NCBI GenBank assembly: GCA_964546095.1 | Contig: CAZJIR010000001.1 | Span: 1 to 31,256, forward strand | Source: an uncultured Pirellulales bacterium | Lineage (GTDB): Bacteria; Planctomycetota; Phycisphaerae; Sedimentisphaerales; Anaerobacaceae | Length of the DNA: 31,256 nt | Reading direction: 5' to 3' | Shown here: piece by piece, positions 6,813 to 17,742 of the stretch | Position numbering within the stretch: the first letter of the stretch is position 1 | How the letters are laid out: the number at the start of each line of letters is the position of its first letter | Position numbers and translations under genes: made by a program | Notes under the pieces: generated by a model | Told to the model about the DNA's origin: nothing | Seen by the model: only the letters and a program-made list of their open reading frames with translations | The model's database searches: none

Positions 6813-8318
6813 TTAAAGTCCCTTAGCGAGCATATAGTATATCTCGTTCCAGCGAGCTTCTTTTTTGAACTGGCTTAGGCTTGTATCGGCACCAATCAGC
6901 AGATATTCCATGCCGGCCATATCGGCAAAATCTTCCATATGCTCCGAATTGATGACCATGCTGAATCCCGTATGGTGAGCACCACCTGCAAGAATCCAGG
7001 CAGCGGCACCGACCTTGAGATTAGGTTTAGGAACCCAGACTACCCTGGCAACCGGAAGTTTCGGCAAGGGGGCGTCCGGCGGAACTACATCGACCTCATT
7101 GACTATCATACGGAAGCGATTGCCCATGTCTATAACAGAGGCGTTCAGGCCGGGACCTTGCAGTACATCGAAGACCAAGCGCACCGGGTCGGCCTTGCCG
7201 CCTATGCCCAGTGGGTGAACTTCCAGTTTCGCTGTGCCCTCTGCGATGGACGGGCAAACCTCGAGCATATGAGCGCCCAGGACCTTTTCCCCCGCCGGGT
7301 CGAGGTGATAAGTGTAGTCTTCCATAAAGCTCGTGCCGCCTTTAAGCCCTAAAGCCATCACTTTCATGGCACGAACTAAAGCTGCTGTTTTCCAGTCACC
7401 TTCTGCACCGAAGCCATAACCGTCGGCCATCAGTCGCTGAACGGCCAAGCCAGGAAGCTGTTTGAGGCCATGCAGGTCCTCGAAAGTTGTGGTGAATCCT
7501 TTGAAGTCACCATCTTCCAAAAATGCCCTCATACCAAGCTCGATACGGGCGGCTTCGCGCACGGACTTGCGTTTATTACCGCCCTGTTTGCCAGCTTTGG
7601 CCACTTCGTACATGGCATCATACTCTTTCGCGAGTTTGCTGATATCCTTATCGCTAACCTTGTCGATATAGGCCACAAGGTCGCCGATGCCGTATCCGTT
7701 AACCGCATAACAAAGCTGCTTCTGTGCTTCAACTTTATCACCTTCGGTAACGGCCACTTCACGCATGTTGTCTCCGAATCGTGCTATCTTTGCCCCCTGA
7801 GCATCGTGCCAGGCGCAGGCCGCCCGAGCCCAGGTGCCAAGCCTGGCCCGGACCTGATTGTCCTGCCAGTGACCAACCACCACCTTGCGGTTCTTTCTCA
7901 TGCGAGTGCAGATAAAGCCAAACTCACGGCCGCCGTGTGCCGACTGGTTGAGGTTCATAAAGTCCATATCAATCGAATCCCAGGGGATATCACGATTGTA
8001 CTGTGTGTGAAGGTGCACAAAAGGCTTTTGGAGCACCTTTAAACCAGCAATCCACATCTTAGCGGGGCTGAAGGTATGCATCCAGGTTATCAGGCCGATA
8101 CAGTTCGGAGCTACGTTCGCCTTCGTGCAGAGTTCATAGATGGAATCCGGCGTAGTCAGTGTGGGTTTGAAGACGACCTTAACGGGAATCTGTTCGGAGC
8201 GCGACAGAGCCTGGGCAATTTTTTGTGAGTCTTCGGCCACCCGCTTTAGGGTTTTTGGCCCATATAGATGTTGGCTTCCTGTTACAAACCATGCTTCGAG
8301 TTTCTTCAATTCTTTCAT
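6813..8318 (-). CDS. araA: L-arabinose isomerase
   Basis: [52 protein letters not shown] and AGGAHH motifs; 501 aa. Confidence 0.97.
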   Translation of the reverse strand: MKELKKLEAWFVTGSQHLYGPKTLKRVAEDSQKIAQALSRSEQIPVKVVFKPTLTTPDSIYELCTKANVAPNCIGLITWMHTFSPAKMWIAGLKVLQKPFVHLHTQYNRDIPWDSIDMDFMNLNQSAHGGREFGFICTRMRKNRKVVVGHWQDNQVRARLGTWARAACAWHDAQGAKIARFGDNMREVAVTEGDKVEAQKQLCYAVNGYGIGDLVAYIDKVSDKDISKLAKEYDAMYEVAKAGKQGGNKRKSVREAARIELGMRAFLEDGDFKGFTTTFEDLHGLKQLPGLAVQRLMADGYGFGAEGDWKTAALVRAMKVMALGLKGGTSFMEDYTYHLDPAGEKVLGAHMLEVCPSIAEGTAKLEVHPLGIGGKADPVRLVFDVLQGPGLNASVIDMGNRFRMIVNEVDVVPPDAPLPKLPVARVVWVPKPNLKVGAAAWILAGGAHHTGFSMVINSEHMEDFADMAGMEYLLIGADTSLSQFKKEARWNEIYYMLAKGL

Positions 8319-8362
8319 TATTCAATTCTCCATTCACAATAGAAGTTTATTCAGAACTTACG

Positions 8363-8391
8363 TTTATACGAAAAAAAAATGAACATTGCAA
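8363..8391 (-). promoter_or_regulatory. sigma70 promoter for araA
   Basis: TTGCAA-N17-TATAAA on the minus strand. Confidence 0.6.
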
Positions 8392-8402
8392 GTAAGTTTT
8401 TG

Positions 8403-9113
8403 CTATGGGCCGTAATCAATGCCTTTTATGCCTTTTATTGTCAGGTTTGCGTCCGGGAAACCATCACGAGCGGGTCGAATTTGTTCGGCTTTGAGAAAAC
8501 AGACCTGGCCGTCAACGAACAGAAAATTCCTGCAGCCCTGCCAGCACCACCATCCATTATCATCATCAATGGGTGAATGATTGCTGAGCCATTCGCCGAT
8601 AAGAATCTTTCCGGAGGGGTGAGCCACGTTCAGGCTTTGTTGCGGAATAGAGAGCTGAGGATTCTGGTAGGTGTCCGTCGGGCTGTTCATATCTTCAATC
8701 TGCTCCGGGCTGTGGTAAAAGGCCATCGAATAGGAGTAACTTGTGGATTCGTATTTTTCTTTGGAGACGCGGTCTTCCGGACAGAACAGAACCGAAGGAT
8801 TGTTTGCATCGATATTACCACCAAGATAAGGCTCTACATGCAATCGCCAGCCACGTCCCATCCACAGCCAGTAACCCGCCGGCAGAGGGTCCTGGGCGCA
8901 AGGATACGTGTTACCGTTTTCGTTAAGGTACATGTGTACAGCTAAATCGATTTGCTTTAGGTTGTGGGCACACTTCAGACGCTTCGTTAATATTCTTACC
9001 TTTCTGAGCGCCGGCATAAGAATAGAAAGCAAGAGAGCGATGATTGCTATGACAACCAGCAACTCGATGAGAGTGAAACCCGAACGGGGTGAATTTCGAC
9101 TTGTGAATTTCAT
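8403..9113 (-). CDS. Prepilin-type N-terminal cleavage/methylation protein, DUF1559-like
   Basis: [31 protein letters not shown], and C-terminal NFLFVDGQV (degenerate H-X9-DG motif). Confidence 0.9.
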   Translation of the reverse strand: MKFTSRNSPRSGFTLIELLVVIAIIALLLSILMPALRKVRILTKRLKCAHNLKQIDLAVHMYLNENGNTYPCAQDPLPAGYWLWMGRGWRLHVEPYLGGNIDANNPSVLFCPEDRVSKEKYESTSYSYSMAFYHSPEQIEDMNSPTDTYQNPQLSIPQQSLNVAHPSGKILIGEWLSNHSPIDDDNGWWCWQGCRNFLFVDGQVCFLKAEQIRPARDGFPDANLTIKGIKGIDYGP

Positions 9114-9131
9114 CCTTCGATTCTCCGCGAA

Positions 9132-10997
9132 TCACTCGACCGTAACGCTTTTTGCAAGGTTTCGAGGTTTATCAACATCATGCCCGCGCAGTAAGGCAGC
9201 GTGATAGGCTAATAATTGCAGCGGTACAACGGTCAGCATTGGCTGTAGCAGTTCCGGTGCTTCTGGAATGGTGATTAAATGGTCGGCGTGTCGTTTGATA
9301 TTTTCATCACCGGCGGTAGCGACAACGATGGTTTTACCGCCGCGTGCCCTGACCTCAGCGATATTGCCCATAATCTTATCATATTGCGGCCCGGCGGTGG
9401 CGATGAAAACCGCAGGCATGCCATCCGCAATCAAAGCAATCGGGCCGTGCTTCATCTCCGCAGCCGGCAGGCCTTCGGCGTGAATATAACTTATTTCTTT
9501 GAGTTTCAGGGCCCCTTCGAGCGCAACAGGATAATTGAAGCCTCTGCCAAGGAAAAGCCAGTTGTTCTGGTCAATGTTCGCCGAGGCGATTTGTTTAATG
9601 TGGTCGGAATCTTCGAGTATTGTGCTTATCTTATCAGGAATTTCGGACAATTCATTAATATACATATTTGCCTGGTCGCTGCTGATGTGTTTTCTTCTGC
9701 CTAATTCAATGGCCAGCATTGTCAGGACCGCCACCTGCGCTGTAAAGGCCTTTGTACTGGCGACGCCAATTTCGGGGCCTGCGTGTAAATATATTCCTGC
9801 ATCGGTGGCTCTGGCAATGGAAGAGCCGACGACATTTACAAGTCCGAGTACCGTTGCGCCACGCTCTTTGGCTTCCTCCACCGCCGCAAGGGTATCGAGA
9901 GTCTCTCCCGATTGACTTATTGATATAACGACTGTGCCATCTTCGATGATAGGATTACGATATCGAAATTCGCTGGCATATTCGGTTTCGGCCGGGATAC
10001 GCGCAAGCTGCTCAAATAAAAATTCGCCGACCAGACTGGCGTGGAACGCTGTTCCGCAGGCGGTCAGGATGAGCCGTCTGGTACGCGTCAGGTCGCGCAG
10101 GTATGAGGCTATACCACCGAGTCTAATCCTTTTATTCTGGCGGTCTATTCGTCCACCCATGCAGGTGCTCAAAGCTTTGGGCTGCTCAAAAATCTCTTTT
10201 AGCATGTGGTGCGAGAAATCGCCCAACTCTATCTGTTCCAGTGAAAATTCAATCCGGCTCAGCTCTTTGCTGATGGTGACATTGTCGATTGTTTTTGTGT
10301 TGAAACCCTCGGGACCGATAGTGACCATCTCGTTGTCGGCAAGATATACCGCCTGAGTCGTATGCTCTACAATTGCAGCAGCATCTGAGGCCAAGATATA
10401 TTCATTTTCTCCCAGACCTAAAATCAAGGGGCTGCCCCTTTTGGCGCCGATTAGGATATCTGGGAAATCCGAGCATATAATCGCCAGGCCGAAAGTACCA
10501 TGCAGTTTTTGAAGGGTCTGCTGAACCGCCCATTCGAATTTATTCTGTCCCTCGGACTTTTGCCCCTTGCCATTGTCGTCTTTGGTATAAAAATAACCGA
10601 TTAAGTTTGCTATGACCTCAGTATCGGTTTCAGTGGTGAATGGAACTCCTTCGTTTTGCAGCCAGGTTTTCAACGTTTCGTAATTTTCGATGATGCCGTT
10701 ATGGACTATTGCTATCTTGCCTGTGTAGTCCAGATGAGGATGTGCGTTGGTGGTGCTGGGCTGCCCGTGTGTGGCCCAGCGTGTGTGGCCGATACCAAAA
10801 GTCTCGGTTTTATCAGGCTCATCTAAAATTTCTTCCAGAGCGCTGATTCTGCCGCTGGTTTTTTTAATTCTTAGAGCGCCGCTGCCCAACAGGGCGAGAC
10901 CGGCAGAATCGTAACCACGATATTCCAGTCTTTTTAGCCCTTCGATTAGAATGGGCTGAGCGAGTTTTTTACCCAGGTAAGCTACTATACCACACAT
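9132..10997 (-). CDS. glmS: Glutamine--fructose-6-phosphate aminotransferase (isomerizing)
   Basis: MCGIV N-terminus; RLEYRGYDSAG, GHTRWATHG, SQSGET and PRNLAKSVTVE motifs. Confidence 0.98.
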   Translation of the reverse strand: MCGIVAYLGKKLAQPILIEGLKRLEYRGYDSAGLALLGSGALRIKKTSGRISALEEILDEPDKTETFGIGHTRWATHGQPSTTNAHPHLDYTGKIAIVHNGIIENYETLKTWLQNEGVPFTTETDTEVIANLIGYFYTKDDNGKGQKSEGQNKFEWAVQQTLQKLHGTFGLAIICSDFPDILIGAKRGSPLILGLGENEYILASDAAAIVEHTTQAVYLADNEMVTIGPEGFNTKTIDNVTISKELSRIEFSLEQIELGDFSHHMLKEIFEQPKALSTCMGGRIDRQNKRIRLGGIASYLRDLTRTRRLILTACGTAFHASLVGEFLFEQLARIPAETEYASEFRYRNPIIEDGTVVISISQSGETLDTLAAVEEAKERGATVLGLVNVVGSSIARATDAGIYLHAGPEIGVASTKAFTAQVAVLTMLAIELGRRKHISSDQANMYINELSEIPDKISTILEDSDHIKQIASANIDQNNWLFLGRGFNYPVALEGALKLKEISYIHAEGLPAAEMKHGPIALIADGMPAVFIATAGPQYDKIMGNIAEVRARGGKTIVVATAGDENIKRHADHLITIPEAPELLQPMLTVVPLQLLAYHAALLRGHDVDKPRNLAKSVTVE

Positions 10998-11101
10998 TTG
11001 TTATTTACTATTTCCCGTTTAAAATTTAGAATAATTGTTCCGTGCCTTCACAGGCCGTTCCAAATAGTAAATTGTCAGTAGTAAATAGTCAATGGCAAAT
11101 T

Positions 11102-11719
11102 ATGATAGTCGTTATCGATTACAATGTGGGTAATGTCAAGAGTGTATGTAACGCATTTCGGTATATCGGCTGCGAGGTAAAGCTTAGCTGCGCGCCTGAA
11201 GTGGTTGAGAATGCGACGGGAATCGTTTTGCCCGGTGTTGCGGCGTTCGGCTATGCCGTAAGCGCCTTAGGCCCTCTTGCTGCTTTAATAAAAGAGGTCG
11301 CCTTGGGTGGAAAGCCCCTTTTGGGTATTTGTGTGGGGTATCAGATGCTTTTCGAGCAAAGCAGCGAGTACGGCCGGCACAACGGTCTTGGATTGTTGAG
11401 CGGCAATGTTGTTCCGATTCCAGCGGGGCGGGTGATTCCGCATATGGGATGGAATTTAGTGAAGCTGAACGAAGAGATGGATTTGTTCGCGGGGCTTGGG
11501 AGCGAAAAACATTTTTATTTCGCGCATTCTTTCTACGCGGATGTCACGGACAGCCAAGCCAAAGTGGCATTTACAGATTACGGATTTGAGCTGCCTGCCT
11601 CGGTGCAGAAGGGAAATATATACGGGATGCAGTTTCACCCGGAAAAGAGCAGCAAGGCCGGGTTGAAGGTTTTACAGAATTTCTATGATACTTGTAAACG
11701 GAAATCTTTAGAATGCTGA
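11102..11719 (+). CDS. hisH: Imidazole glycerol phosphate synthase, glutaminase subunit
   Basis: [30 protein letters not shown] and QFHPEKS motifs; start reassigned to ATG 11102. Confidence 0.93.
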   Translation: MIVVIDYNVGNVKSVCNAFRYIGCEVKLSCAPEVVENATGIVLPGVAAFGYAVSALGPLAALIKEVALGGKPLLGICVGYQMLFEQSSEYGRHNGLGLLSGNVVPIPAGRVIPHMGWNLVKLNEEMDLFAGLGSEKHFYFAHSFYADVTDSQAKVAFTDYGFELPASVQKGNIYGMQFHPEKSSKAGLKVLQNFYDTCKRKSLEC

Positions 11720-12477
11720 CAAGAAGAATTATTCCCTGTCTCGATGTCAAAGACAACAGGGTGGTCAAGGGCATCAATTTTCTGAATCTTCGTGATGCGG
11801 GCGACCCCGTGGAGTTAGGAGCAAGATACAGTGACACCGGCGCCGATGAGCTGGTGTTCCTCGATATTACCGCAACCATTCGCTCGCGCAAGACAATCGT
11901 CGAACTCGTTGAAAAGGTTGCCGAGAATGTATTTATCCCGTTTACGGTAGGAGGCGGCATACAAACAGTCGAGCAAATGGATGAGCTTCTGCGAAGCGGT
12001 GCTGAAAAGGTATCTGTGAATACCGCAGCGGTTCAAAATCCGAATCTGCTTACCGAGGCCGCTCAGCGTTTTGGGAATCAGTGTGTTGTTCTTGCCATTG
12101 ATGCACGGCGGTCGAAGGAGCGGGCGGGCAAATGGCAGGTGTGCGTAAAGGCCGGCTCGGAACCGACCGATATTGATGTGGTTGAATGGGCTGTTAAGAG
12201 CGAAAAATTAGGGGCGGGTGAGATTTTGCTTACGAGCATGGACGCCGACGGTACCAAGGCGGGTTATGATAATGAGCTTAATAGAGCCGTTACCGATGCG
12301 GTCAATATCCCTGTGATTGCATCCGGCGGAGCAGGAACACTCGAACATCTCTACGATGCCATCGTCAACGGAGGCGCTGATGCGGTGCTTATGGCTTCAA
12401 TCACACACTTCGAAAATTACACAATAAAGCAAATTAAAGAATACCTCAGGGACAAAGGTGTTCCTGTAAATTTATAA
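11713..12477 (+). CDS. hisF: Imidazole glycerol phosphate synthase, cyclase subunit
   Basis: [40 protein letters not shown] and IASGGAG motifs. Confidence 0.97.
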   Translation: MLTRRIIPCLDVKDNRVVKGINFLNLRDAGDPVELGARYSDTGADELVFLDITATIRSRKTIVELVEKVAENVFIPFTVGGGIQTVEQMDELLRSGAEKVSVNTAAVQNPNLLTEAAQRFGNQCVVLAIDARRSKERAGKWQVCVKAGSEPTDIDVVEWAVKSEKLGAGEILLTSMDADGTKAGYDNELNRAVTDAVNIPVIASGGAGTLEHLYDAIVNGGADAVLMASITHFENYTIKQIKEYLRDKGVPVNL

Positions 12478-12508
12478 AATATCGCATGCAACAAGTGGCT
12501 CGACAGGC

Positions 12509-12537
12509 TTGACTACAAAAAGCAGTTGTGCTATAGA
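12509..12537 (+). promoter_or_regulatory. sigma70 promoter for the toxin-antitoxin operon
   Basis: TTGACT-N17-TATAGA with a TGn extension. Confidence 0.6.
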
Positions 12538-12576
12538 GAAACAAAGCAGAAACTAAATATAATCAGGAGAATAATA

Positions 12577-12882
12577 GTGAAGTTTCGTAGAATTAACCTG
12601 CCGGAAGAGAAGATAGCAGATTTTTGTCGGCAGTGGAAAATAACCGAATTAGCTCTGTTTGGTTCTGTGCTGCGGGACGATTTTCGCCCAGACAGTGACA
12701 TTGATATATTAGTAACCTTCGCCGACAATTGTGGATACAGTCTGTTCGATTTAGCACAGATACAGGAACAGTTAAAAGCCATTCTTGCTCACAAAGTGGA
12801 TATAGTGGAAAAAGCCGGTTTGCGAAATCCCTTCCGCAAACGTAATATCCTAAAGAATATGGAGGTTATCTATGCAGCCTGA
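12577..12882 (+). CDS. mntA: Minimal nucleotidyltransferase (MntA-type antitoxin)
   Basis: LFGSVLRDDFRPDSDIDILV (GS-X10-DXD); GTG start at 12577 behind AGGAG. Confidence 0.88.
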   Translation: MKFRRINLPEEKIADFCRQWKITELALFGSVLRDDFRPDSDIDILVTFADNCGYSLFDLAQIQEQLKAILAHKVDIVEKAGLRNPFRKRNILKNMEVIYAA

Positions 12883-13222
12883 AGAACGAGATGTTGCTTT
12901 GCTTTGGGATATGAGAGAAGCGGCTTGCGAAATAGCTCAATTCGTAAAAGGCATAAACTACGAAGAATTTCGATCTAACAAAGTCCTTCGCTATGCTATC
13001 GAAAGGCAGATGCTGGTAATTGGAGAAGCTGCCGGACATGTTTCTTCGACCTTCAGAGACGCCCATTCGGAAATACCGTGGCATTCAATTATTGCCCAGC
13101 GTAACATCCTCGCTCACGAATACGGCGAGATTCTTGTGGAACGAATATGGCGCGTAGCATCGGAACGTATTCCGGAACTTATTAAATTACTCGACCCTCT
13201 GATACCCCAACCTCCTGAATAG
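12872..13222 (+). CDS. hepT: DUF86 / HEPN RNase (HepT-type toxin)
   Basis: IGEAA, EIPW and RNILAHEY (R-X4-H-X-Y) motifs; overlaps mntA. Confidence 0.88.
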   Translation: MQPEERDVALLWDMREAACEIAQFVKGINYEEFRSNKVLRYAIERQMLVIGEAAGHVSSTFRDAHSEIPWHSIIAQRNILAHEYGEILVERIWRVASERIPELIKLLDPLIPQPPE

Positions 13223-13339
13223 AATTTCTAATCACACTCTGAAAAAATTTACAGTGCCTGAACGGCTTATCATGCCCTGCGGCACTGCTTACACCGGCCC
13301 TGGATTAAAACTGCAAGACAAATCTTATATTTCCCCACA

Positions 13340-13957
13340 CTACCTCCTTAACTGTTCATAATCTTTCTTCAAAATTCCGTGTATTTCGACATCCTGGAAC
13401 ATGCCCCATTTCTTCACATGCTGTCTTCGACAACCTTCATAGGACATGCCGATTTTTTGCATGACCCGTCCTGAGGCAGGATTTGTTTTGAAATGGTGGC
13501 CGTAGATGCGATTAAGCTTTAAGTTTTCGAAGCCATACCTCAAGACGGCCTCAGCCGCCTCTGTGCAATATCCACAGCCCCAGTATGGTTTGCCAAGCCA
13601 ATAGCTTAGCTCTGCTCTTTCAAAAACCCTATGTATATTCAATCCAATTGCACCCATCAAACAGTCATTATTGCGGTGAACAATTGCAAAGCAGACAGCT
13701 AAGCCAAGCTTAAAGTCTTTGTTTTGCCTGATTATCCATTTCGTGGCCATACCATCTTCGTACGGATGTGGCATCGTAAGCATCATCGATGCAACAGACC
13801 TGTTAGAAGCCAAGCGTCGAATCTGCGGCGCATCTGTAAGCTTAAATGTCCTCAGGGCCAAGCGGGCAGTCCGGATTAAGGGCTGCTTTGGACTTATGTC
13901 GCATAGCACCTTTGTCTTTATTCTCTCGTTTACAGTTTTGCCGGATAACATTTCCAT
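13340..13957 (-). CDS. RimJ/RimL-type GNAT N-acetyltransferase
   Basis: TARLALR, AELSYWLGKPYWGCGYCTEA and NPASGRVMQKIGM motifs. Confidence 0.92.
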   Translation of the reverse strand: MEMLSGKTVNERIKTKVLCDISPKQPLIRTARLALRTFKLTDAPQIRRLASNRSVASMMLTMPHPYEDGMATKWIIRQNKDFKLGLAVCFAIVHRNNDCLMGAIGLNIHRVFERAELSYWLGKPYWGCGYCTEAAEAVLRYGFENLKLNRIYGHHFKTNPASGRVMQKIGMSYEGCRRQHVKKWGMFQDVEIHGILKKDYEQLRR

Positions 13958-14010
13958 TCAACCAATCTGACTCGAAAGCCTTTGTTTCTTGATATCCAAT
14001 TGCCGAAGCC

Positions 14011-14053
14011 AAATAAAAAAGCCTTCCGGAGTTTTGAACCCCGGAAGGCTTTT
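14011..14053 (-). terminator. Intrinsic terminator about 60 nt upstream of the GNAT start codon (attenuator-like)
   Basis: AAAAGCCTTCCGGGGTT-CAA-AACTCCGGAAGGCTTTT followed by TTATTT; stem extension needs a G-U pair, which favours the minus strand. Confidence 0.8.
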
Positions 14054-14082
14054 GTTCTTTTCTGAAAGTATTTAAGTTTCTC

Positions 14083-14202
14083 TTAGGGCTCAGTCTCCTT
14101 AATCAACAAAATTCCGGTAAAGCTAAAAAACATCGCAACTGTTCCGACAAACGAGCCTGCCGAGCACATCGCTGTCGAAAGGTTTGTTGAACGTTTTTTC
14201 AT
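14083..14202 (-). CDS. Putative 39-aa leader peptide MKKRSTNLSTAMCSAGSFVGTVAMFFSFTGILLIKETEP
   Basis: Short ORF between a consensus promoter and the terminator; translated by hand, below the track cut-off. Confidence 0.4.
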   Translation of the reverse strand: MKKRSTNLSTAMCSAGSFVGTVAMFFSFTGILLIKETEP

Positions 14203-14245
14203 GTAATTTCGAGCCATCTACAAAGAACTCCAAAATCTTATAACG

Positions 14246-14274
14246 ACTATACCTATATAATCGGCCTTTTTCAA
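14246..14274 (-). promoter_or_regulatory. sigma70 promoter for the leader-GNAT unit
   Basis: TTGAAA-N17-TATAGT. Confidence 0.6.
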
Positions 14275-14309
14275 AGGTAAATTTTAAAATTCCGGGATTC
14301 TTTTTTTCC

Positions 14310-16889
14310 TTATATCTTTTCGAATGTGAATTTGTGCCGGTCGGCGTTGATTTTTATCGCGTCGCCATCGGAGAATTTTCCAGCTAAAAGCTCAGAAGCC
14401 AAGGGATTTTCCAGCCGCTGCTGAATTGTCCTCTTCAAAGGGCGGGCGCCAAAGGCAGGGTCGTAGCCCTCATCCATAATCAGGTCACGGGCGCCGTTGG
14501 TAAATTCGAGCTTTATATCGCGATTGTTCAGACGTTCAGCTAAGTAATTCAGTTGAATATCGACAATCTGGCGGAGGTGCTCTTTGTCGAGCACGTGAAA
14601 GACGATTATCTCATCAACACGATTCAAAAACTCCGGCTTAAAAACCTGTTTCAAAGCATCTTTAACGTGAGCCTCGATTTCCCAGTCGGCACCGGACTCC
14701 TCGCTCAACTGCTGAATACGCTGGCTAGCAATATTGCTTGTCATAATGATAACGGTATTCTTGAAATCGACAGTCTTGCCTTTTCCGTCGGTCAACCGGC
14801 CGTCGTCGAAAACCTGCAGCAGCACATTGAATACATCGGGATGGGCCTTTTCAATCTCATCCAGTAAAATCACCGAATAGGGTTTACGCCGGACGGCTTC
14901 GGTTAATCGTCCGCCTTCTTCGTAGCCGACATAGCCCGGCGGCGAGCCGATAAGGCGGGAAACGGAGTGCGGCTCCATAAACTCGCTCATATCGATACGC
15001 ACCATAGCGTGCGGGTCGTTAAAAAGAAAATCTGCAAGGGCTTTGGAAAGTTCGGTCTTACCCACGCCGGTCGGCCCGAGGAACAGCAATGTCCCTATCG
15101 GCCGATTCGGGTCTCCTAATCCCGAACGACTTCTGCGAACCGCATTGCATAGTGCCGCGACCGCTTCGTCCTGCCCGACTACGCGCCGGCGAATCGCCTC
15201 TTCCATCTTCATTAATCTTTCACGTTCCCCGCTCAATAACTTTGCTACAGGAATTCCCGTCCATTTGGAGACAACACCGGCGATATGCTCTTCGGTCACT
15301 TCGTTTCTGATTATTGTTCTGTCGGATTTGGAAAGCTGGGCCTCTTTTTCTTCAAGCTCTTTTTGCAAATTCGTAATGGTCTCGTACTTCAGGCGTGCGG
15401 CCGTCTCCAAATCGCCTTTGCGCTGTGCATCTTCAAACTGGTTTTGAGCATTTTCAAGTTTCTCTTTCAGAGCTTTTATCTGGTCGATGTCACCTTTTTC
15501 ACCTTCCCACTGTTCCGTGAGTTTTTGGTCCTGCTTTTGTAATTGTATCAATTGTTTTTCGGTATTTTTCAATCTTTCTTTACTGGCATCATCGCTTTCT
15601 TTTCTCAGCGCTTCGCGCTCAATCTGAAGCTGAATAATCTTTCTGCGAATACCATCCAGCCCGGCCGGCAGCGAATCATTTTCAATCCTTAGTTTCGAAG
15701 CCGACTCGTCAATTAAATCTATTGCTTTATCCGGCAGCCACCGGTCCATTATGTATCGATTCGATAAAGTCGCAGCGGCGACAAGGGCCGAGTCTGTAAT
15801 CCGAACACCGTGATGAGTATCATACCGGCCTTTCAAGCCCCGAAGGATAGCTATGGTTTCTTCGACGCTCGGCGGGTCAATCAGAATCGGTTGAAAACGC
15901 CTTTCAAGTGCCGCATCTTTTTCCACATACTTTCGATATTCATCGATGGTAGTCGCGCCAATACAACGTAAATCACCACGTGCAAGTGACGGCTTTAACA
16001 GATTGCCCGCATCGACAGAACCTTCGGCCTTGCCCGCGCCTACGACGGTATGCAATTCATCGATGAATAATATTATTTCCCCTCCCGCAGCGATGACTTC
16101 TTTGAGGACAGCCTTTAGCCTGTCCTCGAATTCGCCTCTGAATTTTGTTCCTGCTATTAACGCTCCCATATCCAGAGCAACGACTCTTTTATTCTTCAAG
16201 CCTGTAGGGACATCACCTGTCACTATCCGTTGAGCAAGACCTTCGACAATCGCGGTTTTACCTACGCCCGGCTCGCCGATTAAAACGGGATTATTCTTCG
16301 TCCGGCGGTTCAGAACCTGCATACATCGCCGAATTTCCTCGTCTCTTCCGATGACCGGGTCAAGCTTTCCCTTACGAGCCATTTCCAAAAGGTCGATTCC
16401 GTAACGCTCCAGCACTTTGTATTTGTCCTCCGGATTCTGGTCTGTTATCTTTTCCGGCCCGCGAATCTCCTTTAAGGCGCTTTCAATCTGTTCGGGTTCG
16501 ATGGAGTTTAGTCGCAGAATTTCTCTGGCATCGCTTTGCACCGAGGCCAATGAAATAAACAGATGTTCCACACTCAAATATTCATCGCCCATTTTGTCCG
16601 CGCGATTTTGCGCATCGAGGACAACCTGGCTGAAGGCAGGGTCCGGCATAAGCTGATTACTACTTTTGCCCTGAGGCAATTTATCGAGTTCGCTCTCGGT
16701 CATCTGTTTAATTCGTGAGACATTAGCACCTATCTTTTTCAAAATCTCGACCGCAATGCCAGCCTCGTCGCTGCAAACAGCACTCAACAAATGCAATGGC
16801 GACATAACAGTATGCGATTTGGCCATCACAATCTGCTGAGCAGTTGCCAGAGCTTCCTGGGCTTTTAGTGTAAATTTGTCGAATTTCAT
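14310..16889 (-). CDS. clpB: ATP-dependent disaggregase ClpB
   Basis: Two AAA+ modules (GEPGVGKT and GPTGVGKT), a coiled-coil middle domain, and GARPLKR; start at MKFDKFT behind AAAGGA. Confidence 0.97.
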   Translation of the reverse strand: MKFDKFTLKAQEALATAQQIVMAKSHTVMSPLHLLSAVCSDEAGIAVEILKKIGANVSRIKQMTESELDKLPQGKSSNQLMPDPAFSQVVLDAQNRADKMGDEYLSVEHLFISLASVQSDAREILRLNSIEPEQIESALKEIRGPEKITDQNPEDKYKVLERYGIDLLEMARKGKLDPVIGRDEEIRRCMQVLNRRTKNNPVLIGEPGVGKTAIVEGLAQRIVTGDVPTGLKNKRVVALDMGALIAGTKFRGEFEDRLKAVLKEVIAAGGEIILFIDELHTVVGAGKAEGSVDAGNLLKPSLARGDLRCIGATTIDEYRKYVEKDAALERRFQPILIDPPSVEETIAILRGLKGRYDTHHGVRITDSALVAAATLSNRYIMDRWLPDKAIDLIDESASKLRIENDSLPAGLDGIRRKIIQLQIEREALRKESDDASKERLKNTEKQLIQLQKQDQKLTEQWEGEKGDIDQIKALKEKLENAQNQFEDAQRKGDLETAARLKYETITNLQKELEEKEAQLSKSDRTIIRNEVTEEHIAGVVSKWTGIPVAKLLSGERERLMKMEEAIRRRVVGQDEAVAALCNAVRRSRSGLGDPNRPIGTLLFLGPTGVGKTELSKALADFLFNDPHAMVRIDMSEFMEPHSVSRLIGSPPGYVGYEEGGRLTEAVRRKPYSVILLDEIEKAHPDVFNVLLQVFDDGRLTDGKGKTVDFKNTVIIMTSNIASQRIQQLSEESGADWEIEAHVKDALKQVFKPEFLNRVDEIIVFHVLDKEHLRQIVDIQLNYLAERLNNRDIKLEFTNGARDLIMDEGYDPAFGARPLKRTIQQRLENPLASELLAGKFSDGDAIKINADRHKFTFEKI

Positions 16890-16948
16890 ATCTAATCCTT
16901 TTTCGCGCAAACGAAATTTCAATTACAGATACTCTAATACTCAATCCG

Positions 16949-16964
16949 TGCAAACAGCGTGCCC
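16949..16964 (-). promoter_or_regulatory. sigma54 (-24/-12) promoter for clpB
   Basis: Minus strand GGGCACGCTGTTTGCA matches TGGCACGNNNNTTGCW with one mismatch and exact GG-N10-GC spacing. Confidence 0.65.
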
Positions 16965-17123
16965 AAACAGGCTAAAACTGTAATTACAGCTATAAAAGAC
17001 AGTTACGTTTTGCTAAATTTTGTCTGCGTGCCAATTTGGCAGGTGATTAAATATGCTCCAGCCCGGGTGTCTTTCTAAGGACTGGTATTTGAAGGCACGG
17101 TATAAGAAGCGGTCGTTGTTTTT

Positions 17124-17180
17124 GAGATTGCTTCGGCCCCCTGCTTTCTTACGAAAGCAAGATGGGAGCCTCGCAATGAT
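17124..17180. repeat. GAGATTGCTTCG...CTCGCAATGA palindromic repeat with an internal hairpin
   Basis: Same repeat type as GAGATTGCCACATCGCGATGA near 4537; internal TGCTTTC/GAAAGCA stem. Confidence 0.6.
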
Positions 17181-17335
17181 GAGCCCCGGCCTGATGTCTT
17201 CAATAGAGCATCACTACGTATAAATACTTGTGGTCAGGGATTTGTTTACAGAGGTTCCACAAAGCTGGATGGAAATGTTTACTGGACGCCTTTTAGCCAA
17301 AGTGCTACACTTAACTGTCACATTACATCAAAAAG

Positions 17336-17713
17336 TTAATTTTCCCGAGGTACCCAACCTGTGTTCATATTGTAAATGAAGTTACCAAAACGGGAACTGA
17401 TGTACACAGAATCTTCTTTGATTGCAAAAACGGCTCGCAATCCCCTCCTTGTCCTGATTTGAGCTGCTCCTGACTGGGACAGTGCATCGTGCAGGTCTGT
17501 TCCATATTCCAGAATCTGCCCATTCGAAAAGCCCGCTCTCCGCATCACTCTTACAACATCGTCGGAGCTTAATATAAGCACGTTCTGATTTCTAATGGGT
17601 ACGACCTGCAGACTTCTACTTACGCAACTAACCACGCCAAAAGCCAAAAAGGCCAGTAAAAATAATGCAATAATCACGCCAATATTTCTTGATTCACTAC
17701 TCATCGGCTTCAC
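17336..17713 (-). CDS. Small putative lipoprotein (candidate pilotin)
   Basis: 125 aa; hydrophobic signal ending VVSC; 30 nt downstream of the secretin stop. Confidence 0.7.
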   Translation of the reverse strand: MKPMSSESRNIGVIIALFLLAFLAFGVVSCVSRSLQVVPIRNQNVLILSSDDVVRVMRRAGFSNGQILEYGTDLHDALSQSGAAQIRTRRGLRAVFAIKEDSVYISSRFGNFIYNMNTGWVPREN

Positions 17714-17742
17714 TGCTCTTTTCTCTCCTTTTCATACGTTCT

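Noticed and set aside
11102-12477. hisH-hisF as WbuY/WbuZ-like paralogs of a sugar-modification cluster, given the glmS neighbour
   Set aside because: All canonical motifs are intact and there are no N-acetyl-sugar amidotransferase or O-antigen genes nearby.
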